Virus record (IMG/VR): IMGVR_UViG_3300012985_000003
Length of the DNA stretch: 54,437 nucleotides
DNA from: a virus
Direction: 5' to 3' (one strand)
Positions 38,720 to 47,399 of the stretch are shown here, piece by piece. Position 1 is the first letter of the stretch, and each line of letters opens with the position of its first letter. The notes beneath the pieces were generated by a model, which did not search any database, was not told the DNA's origin, and worked only from the letters and a program-made list of their open reading frames with translations. The translations under genes and the position numbers were made by a program.

Positions 38720-40861
38720 TCACTTGATATAGCGGTGCGCGCTCTTGATCTCGGCCGTGAGCGGGAAGCCCTCCATCCACTCGGGGACGGAGGACATGGC
38801 GGACTCCATGTGGCTCATGGTCCTGGACTTCGAGTACGTCACGCCGAATCGGAGCTTGTCCTCGAACGGCTGCGGCTGCCACTCCACCACGATCTCGTCG
38901 TGGAACTGCCCGATGAGCTTCACGTTCTCTGCTGGGCGGAGGATGTTGCTCAGCTTCTGGAGTGAGTAGAAGAACAGCTCCCGGCACAGGCTCTGCGTCA
39001 GGATGCCCGCGAGCTTCCCTCCGTAGATCGAGTAGTACACCGTGCGCTTGGTCTTCGGATCGAAGTACCGGTCCTTCCACAGGTCACCCGTCTTCCGATT
39101 GCTCGGCTTGAAGTAGACGACCTGATTGCCCCGCTCGTAGACGCCGTGGAAGACCCGAGTCAACGCTCGAGCTCCCGTGTCCGGGTGGAGCAGCGACATC
39201 TCGAGCGATTGAGCTCCGGGGTGCTGAGTGGCCAGGGACTCCGGCGTCCTGGTCTTGTGAAAGACCAGCGAGAGACCGTGAGCGAGGGGCACCGTCGTCG
39301 ACGGGCTCGTTGAGGCGATCGCCTCGTGGAGACCCGTGTCGATGGCGTACCACATCGTCACGATGTTCGGGTTGGCGTCGCGCCACTGCTGAACGCGCTG
39401 CTGCGCGCCCTGCAGCGTCACCTCGAACCCGAGCTTGTGCATGAAGTCCTTCACGGCTTGACCGCCGGCCTGGTAGCCACAGCTCAACTCGCTGTACTTA
39501 CCCTCAGCCCGCGCTTCCTTCGTGACCTCATCATACTCAATCCCCTGGAACTTGGCAGCCAGCACCTTGTAGATGTCCTTGCCCTGCCGGTACGCGTCGA
39601 TCTTGTACTCCTCGCCGGCGATCCACGCCAGCCCTCGGCTCTCCACCGACGAGAAGTCTCCGACGATCTCTTCGCCGTCGGGGGCTTCGGCCACGAACAC
39701 CTGGCGCAGCTGCTCCGCCATCTCCTCGTTGGTCATGCCCATGACGTGCTCCTCCACGTCCTCGAGCTCGTCGAAGGGAACGATGTCACTCGAGAGTCGC
39801 TTGAGGTTCTGGAGCTGGGCGCCCCGGGCGCTGGTGCGGTATGTCTGTCCCGCTCCGACGTGCATGTACTGGTTGCGCAGCCGACCGTCCGCCCCGACCG
39901 TGTTCAGGATCACGTCGAGCTTCTTGAGGCTGGCACCTCCGAGCTGCTGCTTGACGTCCAGCAGAAACAGGACCTCCGAGTACTGCCCGAACTTCGGGTC
40001 GTCGCTCTCCATCGTGCTGAGCTTGGCCGTGATCTTCTCGATCATCGAGGAGACGTGGTCCTCATCGAAGCTCGGGGATCGAACCCCCCGCTCCGCACAC
40101 CACGCCTTCATCTGCGGGGTGCTGTTGAAGAACGTATCCTTCACGTCGAACTTCTGCCGGAAGCTCTCCACGAGATCCTGAGTGTTGGCCAGGTACTGCG
40201 CCTTCATCAGCCGAACCAGTGGCAGGTCGACGAACCACCCGTTCTGATTCATCTCGGCAGTCAGCTTCTCGTACGCGATCTCGACCCGCGTCGACTGGTG
40301 AGTCTCGTAGCGGGCTTGGATCCGCAGCCCTGCGGCGGCGTCGATGTTGCAGTACTCGATGAAGGTCTTCCACTGAGACGCTCGGTCTGCGTCGCCCATG
40401 ATGAGCCCCGGAGTCGGGGCCTTGCCCTTGTTCCACTCGTTCGGGACCGAGAAGACACTGATCAGCTGGTGGCCGGCATCCAGCTTCTCCATGTTCGTGA
40501 GCTGCGGGGCCGCAGCTTCCAGGTGGTTGCCCGCACCCTGCGCGCGAGCCGTGACGGCCGCGTCGACCACGAGGTCGATCGCTTCGTGACGGACACCCAT
40601 CTTGTCGAGCACCGCCCGCTCGAAGCCTGCATTGAAGGCGACGATGGGAAGCTTCCACTCGACGTGGCTCTCGATTTCCCTGCGAAACGCGTTCTCTGCC
40701 TCCCGGCCGCCGAGGATGAAATCGTAGTTGCGAGGGGCAAACCCCTCTGTCGCGACGCTCGCCATGAGTGGGCGAAACGACGGGTGATTGACGTACCGGT
40801 CGAGGCCGTGGACCTTGAGGTTCACGTCCCCGTAGGTCTCGAAGTCGAGTCCTCCAGCCAT
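38720..40861 (-). CDS. Family A DNA polymerase with a 3'-5' exonuclease domain
   Basis: LDFETYG (Exo I), DFSSVESRGLAWIAGEE (motif A), RAEGKYSELSCGYQAG (motif B) and QFHDEIVVEW (motif C). Confidence 0.9.
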   Translation of the reverse strand: MAGGLDFETYGDVNLKVHGLDRYVNHPSFRPLMASVATEGFAPRNYDFILGGREAENAFRREIESHVEWKLPIVAFNAGFERAVLDKMGVRHEAIDLVVDAAVTARAQGAGNHLEAAAPQLTNMEKLDAGHQLISVFSVPNEWNKGKAPTPGLIMGDADRASQWKTFIEYCNIDAAAGLRIQARYETHQSTRVEIAYEKLTAEMNQNGWFVDLPLVRLMKAQYLANTQDLVESFRQKFDVKDTFFNSTPQMKAWCAERGVRSPSFDEDHVSSMIEKITAKLSTMESDDPKFGQYSEVLFLLDVKQQLGGASLKKLDVILNTVGADGRLRNQYMHVGAGQTYRTSARGAQLQNLKRLSSDIVPFDELEDVEEHVMGMTNEEMAEQLRQVFVAEAPDGEEIVGDFSSVESRGLAWIAGEEYKIDAYRQGKDIYKVLAAKFQGIEYDEVTKEARAEGKYSELSCGYQAGGQAVKDFMHKLGFEVTLQGAQQRVQQWRDANPNIVTMWYAIDTGLHEAIASTSPSTTVPLAHGLSLVFHKTRTPESLATQHPGAQSLEMSLLHPDTGARALTRVFHGVYERGNQVVYFKPSNRKTGDLWKDRYFDPKTKRTVYYSIYGGKLAGILTQSLCRELFFYSLQKLSNILRPAENVKLIGQFHDEIVVEWQPQPFEDKLRFGVTYSKSRTMSHMESAMSSVPEWMEGFPLTAEIKSAHRYIK

Positions 40862-40873
40862 GAGTGCTCCTTC

Positions 40874-41815
40874 CTAGATGTTGAGGATCGCGAGCTCGTC
40901 GATCCGCGTGGGGTACAGCATCTCGCTCGTGACTGGGCAGAGCGGGAATCCCTTGTCCCCGCGCGAGTGCGGGTACGCCGGGCAGAACGTACACTTGTCG
41001 CCCGGGCGAAGCGTCAGATCCCCCTGAAGGATCTTCCGCTCGGCTTCCCATGCCTTCTCCATCCATGCCAGCACGTCCGCCCGCCGTACCGCGTGCGTGG
41101 AGTAGTTGTCTGGCTGCGAGACGATGAGCTTGATGCGCTCGATGGATGGATCTTTCGCGACGTAGCACGCGGCGTAGTACATGAGCTGGTCGTTGTCGAC
41201 TGCCGAGACGGGGATCTTTCCCGTCTTGTAGTCCAGCACCCAGAGGGTGTCGTCAGCTCCCACGACCACGTCGGGCGTGGTCGAGTAGTTTCCGACCAGC
41301 CACGATGCCTGCACCGACTTCTCCGCGTGAATCATTGGCGCCCAGAGCTTGCGGAACGCCTTCTGAAGGATGGACGAGAAGACGAACAGAGCGTCCACGC
41401 CCCACCGCAGGAGCTTCGGAGGGTACTCCCGCATGAGGCACAGCCAGTCGATGAGGTGCTGGATGCTCTCGACGTCGGCCGGCTCTCGCAGAGAGGGGTA
41501 CTCTGCATCCAGCCACTGCCGCATCTTGGCGGGATCGTCGCACTGAGCGTACCTCTTGAGGTAGTGCTGGGCACTCCACGACAGCAGGATCGACGCGTAG
41601 TTGTTGACTTCCGAAGGGCTGAGTGCTCGCACGGCGTACAGCTGCTCGTGGAAGCGAGTGCCCACGCCCTTCGCCCCGGCGGCGTCGTCCCTCACGGGAT
41701 GGATGAAGCCCGGGATCGCCTGCTCCAGCCGAGCAGAGCCGGGGCACTGCATCAGCTGTGCCGCTGCGCTCGCCGAGAACTTCCGCACCTTTGGTGTCGG
41801 GAGAGGCGTGCTCAC
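40874..41815 (-). CDS. PD-(D/E)xK exonuclease, Cas4/RecB-like with Cys cluster
   Basis: VLDYKTGK, QLMYYAACY, N-terminal QC and C-terminal CTFC...C. The start has a GTGA overlap. Confidence 0.75.
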   Translation of the reverse strand: MSTPLPTPKVRKFSASAAAQLMQCPGSARLEQAIPGFIHPVRDDAAGAKGVGTRFHEQLYAVRALSPSEVNNYASILLSWSAQHYLKRYAQCDDPAKMRQWLDAEYPSLREPADVESIQHLIDWLCLMREYPPKLLRWGVDALFVFSSILQKAFRKLWAPMIHAEKSVQASWLVGNYSTTPDVVVGADDTLWVLDYKTGKIPVSAVDNDQLMYYAACYVAKDPSIERIKLIVSQPDNYSTHAVRRADVLAWMEKAWEAERKILQGDLTLRPGDKCTFCPAYPHSRGDKGFPLCPVTSEMLYPTRIDELAILNI

Positions 41816-42012
41816 AGCGGGAACTCCGTCGTCTCTTCGCCGTCGACGTGCTGCGGCTGGTGGGCCTCGACGTAGAAGCGGCCGGTGTAGTCCTCGGCCT
41901 TCATGATGTGCTCTTCGAGCCACGCCTTCAGCTGGTCCAGGGTCAGGATGTGCCTGATCCAGTGGCCGGGGCGCTTCTTGATCTCCACGCAGAGCGTGTA
42001 CTTCTTGTCCAT
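41812..42012 (-). CDS. Hypothetical protein (66 aa)
   Basis: ATG after CAAGGAG. Confidence 0.7.
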   Translation of the reverse strand: MDKKYTLCVEIKKRPGHWIRHILTLDQLKAWLEEHIMKAEDYTGRFYVEAHQPQHVDGEETTEFPL

Positions 42013-42037
42013 GTGTACTCCTTGTTCAGAGGTGAGA

Positions 42038-42069
42038 GGCCGGGACCACGGTCGCCCGTGGTCCCGGCC
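42038..42069 (-). terminator. Strong hairpin after the SSB gene
   Basis: Perfect 14-bp stem ggccgggaccacgg / ccgtggtcccggcc with a 4-nt loop. The U-tract is weak. Confidence 0.6.
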
Positions 42070-42075
42070 GGTTGC

Positions 42076-42792
42076 TCAGTCGAGCATGAAGATGGCGTCC
42101 TCGTCCACGCCACCGCCGCCGCCGCCGATGCGCTCACCCTCGAGGTCACCGAGGTAGACGCACGCGTCGCCGCCGGCCGAGATGCCGTTGACGCTCGTGC
42201 TGCTGTTGAACGCGTAGAGGTTCAGCGTGACGGCGACGTATGCACCGGGGTACATGTCGAAGACCGTCTCGTTGATCGGCTTGATGACCGGGAACGACAG
42301 CACGTCCGGGTCGAGCGGGTCGAGCTGGTCCTCCTCGGTGACCTTGGCGAGCAGCTTGGTGCTGCTGCCGGCGCGGCCCGTGACCTTGACCGAGGCCACG
42401 CACTCGGGCGTGTTGTCCTGGTACTTGGGGTCGATGGGCTTCATCGGCAGGTGCGGAGCTCCGTCCCAGTCCTCGTCGCCGAGCTTGGTCTGGATCTTCT
42501 TGATGACCTTCGGGTCGAGCACGTCCCGCTTCTCGCCCGCCGCGGCCTGGGCCTCGACGTACGGGATGAAGACGTTCTCGATGTGGTTCTTGAGCTTGTC
42601 GAGCTGGTCCTGCTCGATGAGCACGTTGAACTCCGGACCGATCTTGTCGTCCGGCTTGGAGGCGATCGCCGGGATCGTGCTGCGCCGAGCGCGGGCGACG
42701 GCCTCCGTGTGCGTGAAGCTCGGGAAGCTCAGCCGTCCCTTGATGGTGACGGTCTTCGCCTTCGTTGCCTCTGCGGGTGTGGGCTTAGCCAT
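42076..42792 (-). CDS. Single-stranded DNA-binding protein, T7 gp2.5-like (putative)
   Basis: The N-terminal TVTIKGRLSFPSF pattern, a Gly run and an acidic C-terminal tail (GGGGGGVDEDAIFMLD), with a strong RBS. Confidence 0.6.
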   Translation of the reverse strand: MAKPTPAEATKAKTVTIKGRLSFPSFTHTEAVARARRSTIPAIASKPDDKIGPEFNVLIEQDQLDKLKNHIENVFIPYVEAQAAAGEKRDVLDPKVIKKIQTKLGDEDWDGAPHLPMKPIDPKYQDNTPECVASVKVTGRAGSSTKLLAKVTEEDQLDPLDPDVLSFPVIKPINETVFDMYPGAYVAVTLNLYAFNSSTSVNGISAGGDACVYLGDLEGERIGGGGGGVDEDAIFMLD

Positions 42793-42897
42793 GTGGCTAT
42801 CTCCTTTGTTGTGATCTCGATCTCGATCCGAAAAATTTTTCCGGAGTTTCCGGGGCCCAGCCTCGCCGAGCAGCTCGGTCCAGGCCCCGGAGGTTCT

Positions 42898-43839
42898 TCA
42901 GTTGAGGACGCGCGAGGTCGTGGCGACCAGGATCGGCTCGACGCTCGCGGCCCGCTGACCCACGCACTCGGCGAGGAACGTCGGGCGGTTCACGAGCGAC
43001 AGGTCCAGGACCTTGTCGATGCGGCCCGTCGCCTTGGCACACGCGTCGCGAGCACCGTACGACGAGTCGTAGTCCGCGATCGTGGTGACCACGCCCCAGT
43101 CCTCGTTGAGCAGTGGGACGAGCGTCTCGTAGTGGGTTCCCGAGAACTCTCCCGCCGCCAGCACGTTGTCCATGCTGTACGACCCCGGCTGCCACACCCT
43201 GCAGGTGTCGCTGACGAGTGCGAGCGTGGCGTCCACGGCCCACGCGCTCGCGATGACGTCCGGCAGGATAGCCCGGATCGTCTCCGCCGACATCGAGCCG
43301 CTGTCGTCCAGGATGAAGAGGTTCTTCGTCTGGTGACGGTGCTTGATGCGTGCGTCGAATCGCCCGAGCTGGGTGCCCTGACGGTTCATGCGGGCCAGCT
43401 GCTGGAACACCATCTGCCCCTGCTTGCTGGGCAGCGAGTCGATCACTCGACCCACCTTGTCGGCGACGACGGCGATCGACTCCGCGATCACGAGGTCGAT
43501 GCTCTCCCAGACCTGGGGCAGGAACTGCGCCGGCGGCGGAGCCGGTACCCAGGCCGGCTTCGCCTGACGGACCACGTCCGTCGGCACGGTGTCCACGATG
43601 TAGTCCTGCAGCGTCGTGGAGTGGTTGCCGCTCTTGAGCGCCTTGACGACGTCGCTCTTGAACAGGCCGTACAGCAGCTCGCTGAGCTTGTCGTACGGCA
43701 TCTTGTACGCGCGCGCGAAGAACAGCGCGGTCTCCACGTCCGGCAGCAGCTTGATCAGCGTGCCCCACCCAGCCTTGCGGCCCGGTGCGAACTCGAAGAT
43801 CGAGAGCTGGTGCCGAACGTCAGTCGAGCTCAACGTCAT
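42898..43839 (-). CDS. von Willebrand factor A (vWA) domain protein
   Basis: MIDAS motif LFILDDSGSMS. Its ATG lies inside the 3' end of the AAA+ gene. Confidence 0.75.
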   Translation of the reverse strand: MTLSSTDVRHQLSIFEFAPGRKAGWGTLIKLLPDVETALFFARAYKMPYDKLSELLYGLFKSDVVKALKSGNHSTTLQDYIVDTVPTDVVRQAKPAWVPAPPPAQFLPQVWESIDLVIAESIAVVADKVGRVIDSLPSKQGQMVFQQLARMNRQGTQLGRFDARIKHRHQTKNLFILDDSGSMSAETIRAILPDVIASAWAVDATLALVSDTCRVWQPGSYSMDNVLAAGEFSGTHYETLVPLLNEDWGVVTTIADYDSSYGARDACAKATGRIDKVLDLSLVNRPTFLAECVGQRAASVEPILVATTSRVLN

Positions 43840-44986
43840 CGGTCTCTTCCTCCTTCTTCATGGGTGTCTCCCTCTTGGTCTCCTCCATCTCGATGAGCTG
43901 GAGGTTCAGGTCGAGGTTCCCGGCCTGAATCATGGACAGCTTGTCGTTGCCGACAAGCTTGAGTGCTGCGGGCTTGTACTTCGGGTCGATGTTCCGACCG
44001 TTCAGCAGCAGCACGAACTGGTACTTGCCCGCCGACAGAGCCCTGCGGTTGTTCTCGACGATCAGGCTCTTGAGCTCCGGCGTCTCGACCTGCCGGAGCA
44101 GCGCCTGACCGATGAGGTTGCGGACGCTCTTCCCGCCGGGCGACGACGTCCCCGCGCCGGGCTTGTGCTTGAACTGGTCGAGCACGCCGAACATGGGCAG
44201 GACGTGCTTGTCGAACAGCTCCGTCATCTCCGTCGACTTCGCCATGTCCGGCAGGATCCCGATCTTCTCGCAGAACATCTGCTGCACCCGGTAGCGGGTG
44301 TTGGTCGAGCTCCGCAGGTCGGGCACGAACAGGTGGAGGAGTCGATCCTCCAGCGCCGGGTCGTACGTGACGATGCTGTTGCTCGCAGCCACGATGAAGA
44401 CTCGAGGCAGGTCGTAGCCGGCGACGTGCCGACTCGTGAAGATGTCGAGCAGGCCGTTGTAGACCTCGGGGAACCCTCGCAGGAACTCGTCGAAGAGAAC
44501 GACGTCCCCCTCCTGCAGGTTCGCCCACATCGGGCTGAGCAGCAGCGAGAGCTTGGTGTTGCGCGCCGTCGGCATCTGCAGCCCCTCGAGCTCCATCGGG
44601 TTGATGCGGCTGACGTTGATGATGTGGAGCTTCTTGCCCACCGTCTCGGCGAGCTGAGCGACGGTCTCGCTCTTGCCCACGCCGGGAGGACCGGCGAGGT
44701 GTGGGATCGGGCTCCTCACGTCCATACGCATGTAGGTCGTGTAGAGCTTGATGAGTGTCTCAAGCATCTTGTTCCTTGTCTGGAAGTCTGGCTCGTCGAG
44801 GTGGACGAGTAGCTTCTGGTAGATGTCGTTAGCGTCGCAGGTCTCCAGCTCCCCCGATCGCAGCGTGAATTCGAATTCCGGGTTGGTCTTGAGCCGGAAG
44901 GTGAATACTTCTTCTCCGTTTCGAGGATCGTAGACACGAGTGTACGTGACTCCGAGCGCTCGAAGCTCGTTCTCGTAGACAGCCAT
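43820..44986 (-). CDS. MoxR-like AAA+ ATPase
   Basis: Walker A LAGPPGVGKS, Walker B VVLFDEF, and downstream FIVAASN. Confidence 0.8.
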   Translation of the reverse strand: MAVYENELRALGVTYTRVYDPRNGEEVFTFRLKTNPEFEFTLRSGELETCDANDIYQKLLVHLDEPDFQTRNKMLETLIKLYTTYMRMDVRSPIPHLAGPPGVGKSETVAQLAETVGKKLHIINVSRINPMELEGLQMPTARNTKLSLLLSPMWANLQEGDVVLFDEFLRGFPEVYNGLLDIFTSRHVAGYDLPRVFIVAASNSIVTYDPALEDRLLHLFVPDLRSSTNTRYRVQQMFCEKIGILPDMAKSTEMTELFDKHVLPMFGVLDQFKHKPGAGTSSPGGKSVRNLIGQALLRQVETPELKSLIVENNRRALSAGKYQFVLLLNGRNIDPKYKPAALKLVGNDKLSMIQAGNLDLNLQLIEMEETKRETPMKKEEETDDVELD

Positions 44987-45001
44987 GTTGAGTTGAGGGA
45001 G

Positions 45002-45033
45002 CCGAGGCCCCGATCACTAGACCGGGGCCTCGG
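45002..45033 (-). terminator. GC-rich hairpin after the 45040 gene
   Basis: 11-bp stem ccgaggccccg / cggggcctcgg with a 10-nt loop and no U-tract. Confidence 0.5.
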
Positions 45034-45039
45034 ACAGGG

Positions 45040-45477
45040 TCACTCGCCGGCGGGAGCCGCCGACGCCGAGGCGACGGGCGCGGCCGTGACCTCGATGTGG
45101 TTGTTGACCCACACGAGGCGGTCGGACTGACCCTCCTCGATGGCGCGCAGGATGACCGAGTCGCGGTTGAGCTCGATGATCTCCTGCGACTCGCCGGCGA
45201 CGGCCTCGACGGCCTCGCCCTTGACGATGTAGAACAGCGGGTCCACCGCGTTCTCGATGCGGTGCGCCGCCTCGAGCTCGTCGATCGCGTCCGTGATGGG
45301 CGCGAAGAACGCCTCGACGGCCTCGTTGAACTTGGCGTGCGCGGCGCCGTGGACGTCCTTCTGGTTGAGCTCGAGCCACTGCGTGGAGTCGAGCACCTCC
45401 TGGCCCCCGGTGCCCGTGACGTCCGTACCACGGACGAGGACCTTGTTTCCAGCGAGGGCGATGGTCTTGAACGACAT
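45040..45477 (-). CDS. Hypothetical protein (145 aa), probably highly expressed
   Basis: ATG after CAAGGAGA. It has its own 138-nt upstream region containing TACAAT and its own downstream hairpin. Confidence 0.8.
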   Translation of the reverse strand: MSFKTIALAGNKVLVRGTDVTGTGGQEVLDSTQWLELNQKDVHGAAHAKFNEAVEAFFAPITDAIDELEAAHRIENAVDPLFYIVKGEAVEAVAGESQEIIELNRDSVILRAIEEGQSDRLVWVNNHIEVTAAPVASASAAPAGE

Positions 45478-45615
45478 GTTGTCTCCTTGTTGTGAGTGAT
45501 GAGGTGATCATCCCGGACACCCCACTACCTATTGTAGCGGGGGCCTCCGACGTTGGGATAGCGTTCTCGTGTCGGGTGTTACTACGATTTTCAGTTGTGA
45601 CTGGAGTGACAGCAG

Positions 45616-45948
45616 TTACGCTTGGTACGTCTCCCCCGGCGTGGGCCAGACCTCCTCGCCCACACGATTCTTCCAATGGACGACCTTGGTGAGTGGCCCG
45701 GGGAGGGGTGACACTCCAGCGTGGTGTTGCTCTCGCCACAGCGAGGTGCCGGGTGTGTAGCCCCAACACGTCGCGCACCAGCTCCCGTTGCCGTGCTGGC
45801 ACCCGTAGATGCCCGTCGCCCAGATGTTGTTGCGCTCCTCGAGCTCGTCCCACGCCCACGGACCCTCGGTGGGGAGGAGGATCGGCTCGGCGAGCCAGCC
45901 GTTCTCCCACGCGCAGAGCCACAGGCGTGCTAGCGACTCAGCCGCCAT
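45616..45948 (-). CDS. Hypothetical Trp/Cys-rich protein (110 aa)
   Basis: ATG after GAGAGGAG. Confidence 0.7.
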   Translation of the reverse strand: MAAESLARLWLCAWENGWLAEPILLPTEGPWAWDELEERNNIWATGIYGCQHGNGSWCATCWGYTPGTSLWREQHHAGVSPLPGPLTKVVHWKNRVGEEVWPTPGETYQA

Positions 45949-45963
45949 AGAAACTCCTCTCTC

Positions 45964-46254
45964 TCAGTCCATCCCCGCTTGAGTCTCCGAGAGCATCCAA
46001 TGTATCCGGGCGTTCTCTCGAATGGCGTCGTCGGTGAGCTTGAACGAGTGCTCCATGCCATCGACGTGGACCCACCACGCGACGCCCTCTCGATCCCACG
46101 ACTGGTAGTAGACGATCTCCGAGTACTCTTCGGCCACCAATCGCGGGGAGACGCGGAAGACGATGGTGTAGCCTCGATCCTGGTATTCCTTTTGATACTC
46201 GTAGATCGTGCGCAGGTAGCCCAGCTCAGTCGCCCTCCTCCAGAGCCAAGGCAA
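45964..46254 (-). CDS. Hypothetical protein (96 aa)
   Basis: Only the C-terminal part of the track ORF looks coding. TTG 46254 follows GAGGAGGGAG. Confidence 0.6.
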   Translation of the reverse strand: MPWLWRRATELGYLRTIYEYQKEYQDRGYTIVFRVSPRLVAEEYSEIVYYQSWDREGVAWWVHVDGMEHSFKLTDDAIRENARIHWMLSETQAGMD

Positions 46255-46465
46255 CTCCCTCCTCGAACTCTGCGAGCTTTCGCCTGGTCTCGGCGAGGAG
46301 GTCCTGGTACTGCTGACCGCGCTCCTCGATGGGGGAGTCATTGATGGCGTAGCTATTCCTGCGCACTCTGAATTGGTAGTAGAGCCAGTAGAGGCGCTGA
46401 TCCCTCCCGATGGTGAGGAGCCAGCCCTTGCCGTCGTCGTCGAGGATGGCGTCGAAGCGACCTCT
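46226..46465 (-). CDS. Coding-looking segment (79 codons) with no start codon, in frame with the upstream ORF and separated from it by TGA
   Basis: High GC3 and a natural peptide FDAILDDDGKGWLLTIGRDQRLYWLYYQF. The first canonical start, a GTG, is 34 codons in. Confidence 0.4.
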   Translation of the reverse strand, partial: RGRFDAILDDDGKGWLLTIGRDQRLYWLYYQFRVRRNSYAINDSPIEERGQQYQDLLAETRRKLAEFEEGVALALEEGD

Positions 46466-46654
46466 TCAGGCGTACCCGGGCTGCGGCGTGACAAAGCCCT
46501 TCTCCTTCGCTCGCCGCATCAGCTCCGCAGCAGAGGGCTGGGTCGCCCTGTTGTAGTCGGCCACGGCCTGAGCCGTGTCTCGCAGCTCGAGCTCTGCGCA
46601 GTCGCAGCGAGCGTCGTCTTCGAGACGAGCGGGGCAGTCGTCGTGGTGAGTCAT
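46466..46654 (-). CDS. Hypothetical protein (62 aa)
   Basis: ATG after GGAAGGAGGAAG. The sequence is MTHHDDCPARLEDDARCDC... Confidence 0.65.
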   Translation of the reverse strand: MTHHDDCPARLEDDARCDCAELELRDTAQAVADYNRATQPSAAELMRRAKEKGFVTPQPGYA

Positions 46655-46824
46655 CGCTTCCTCCTTCCGAGAAGCATCTGGATCCACCACGGATCCGGCG
46701 TCGGGAGGACGCTGGGCAGCTCACGACGATTGGCGACGTGAGCGTCGGCCGGCATGCTCAGGGGCGTGGCGACCTTGACCGACCCCGTACGCAGGCCCGG
46801 CTCGAATGGTGGTGCCGAAGTCAC
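46651..46824 (-). CDS. Small hypothetical protein (57 aa)
   Basis: It fills a 166-nt gap. GTGA overlap upstream and ATGA overlap downstream. It is below the track cutoff. Confidence 0.5.
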   Translation of the reverse strand: MTSAPPFEPGLRTGSVKVATPLSMPADAHVANRRELPSVLPTPDPWWIQMLLGRRKR

Positions 46825-47399
46825 GGCTTTCCTCCTAACAGTTCGAGCAGCGCCAGCACTTGCCAGCTCTGCATCTCGCTCATCTTGTTCTCGGAGACGC
46901 GAAGCGTCTTCATCTCCTGGTACTTCTTGTGTGCTCCCGTCCTGTGCATGTCGTCGAGTCGAGCCAGCGCCCAGATGGTGACCGTCTCGAGACCGACCGT
47001 AGAGATGTCGACCTGGCCGACGCGCCCCTTGAAGGGCGAGTACGCGCCCAGCTGTTGGATGGTCTCGAGCTCCTTCTCGGTAACGATGGTCCCCCGCTCA
47101 CCCCCAGTCAGAGCGATCGGGTCGTCCTCGAGATCCTTCAGGAGCTTCTCGACGACGGGGTTGGCCGGCTTCGGAAGAGCTCCGGCGCCGGCGCTGTCGA
47201 ACTCGCCTCCAGTCCACCAGGTGGGCTTCGTCGAATTCTTGCCCGACTGTCGGGGGATCCCGTTCGTGGACATGTTCATGATCGGGGACTGGATCTTCAG
47301 CTGGTCGGCGATCGCCTGCTGGAAGGAGGTCGTCCCCCAGAGTGGACGCGGGTCCTCTACGTCTTCCGGGAGCGGGAACTTGTCGTCGTCCTCGTTCAC
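46821..47399 (-). CDS. Hypothetical protein (192 aa)
   Basis: GTGA-coupled start with natural-looking sequence. Confidence 0.75.
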   Translation of the reverse strand: MNEDDDKFPLPEDVEDPRPLWGTTSFQQAIADQLKIQSPIMNMSTNGIPRQSGKNSTKPTWWTGGEFDSAGAGALPKPANPVVEKLLKDLEDDPIALTGGERGTIVTEKELETIQQLGAYSPFKGRVGQVDISTVGLETVTIWALARLDDMHRTGAHKKYQEMKTLRVSENKMSEMQSWQVLALLELLGGKP

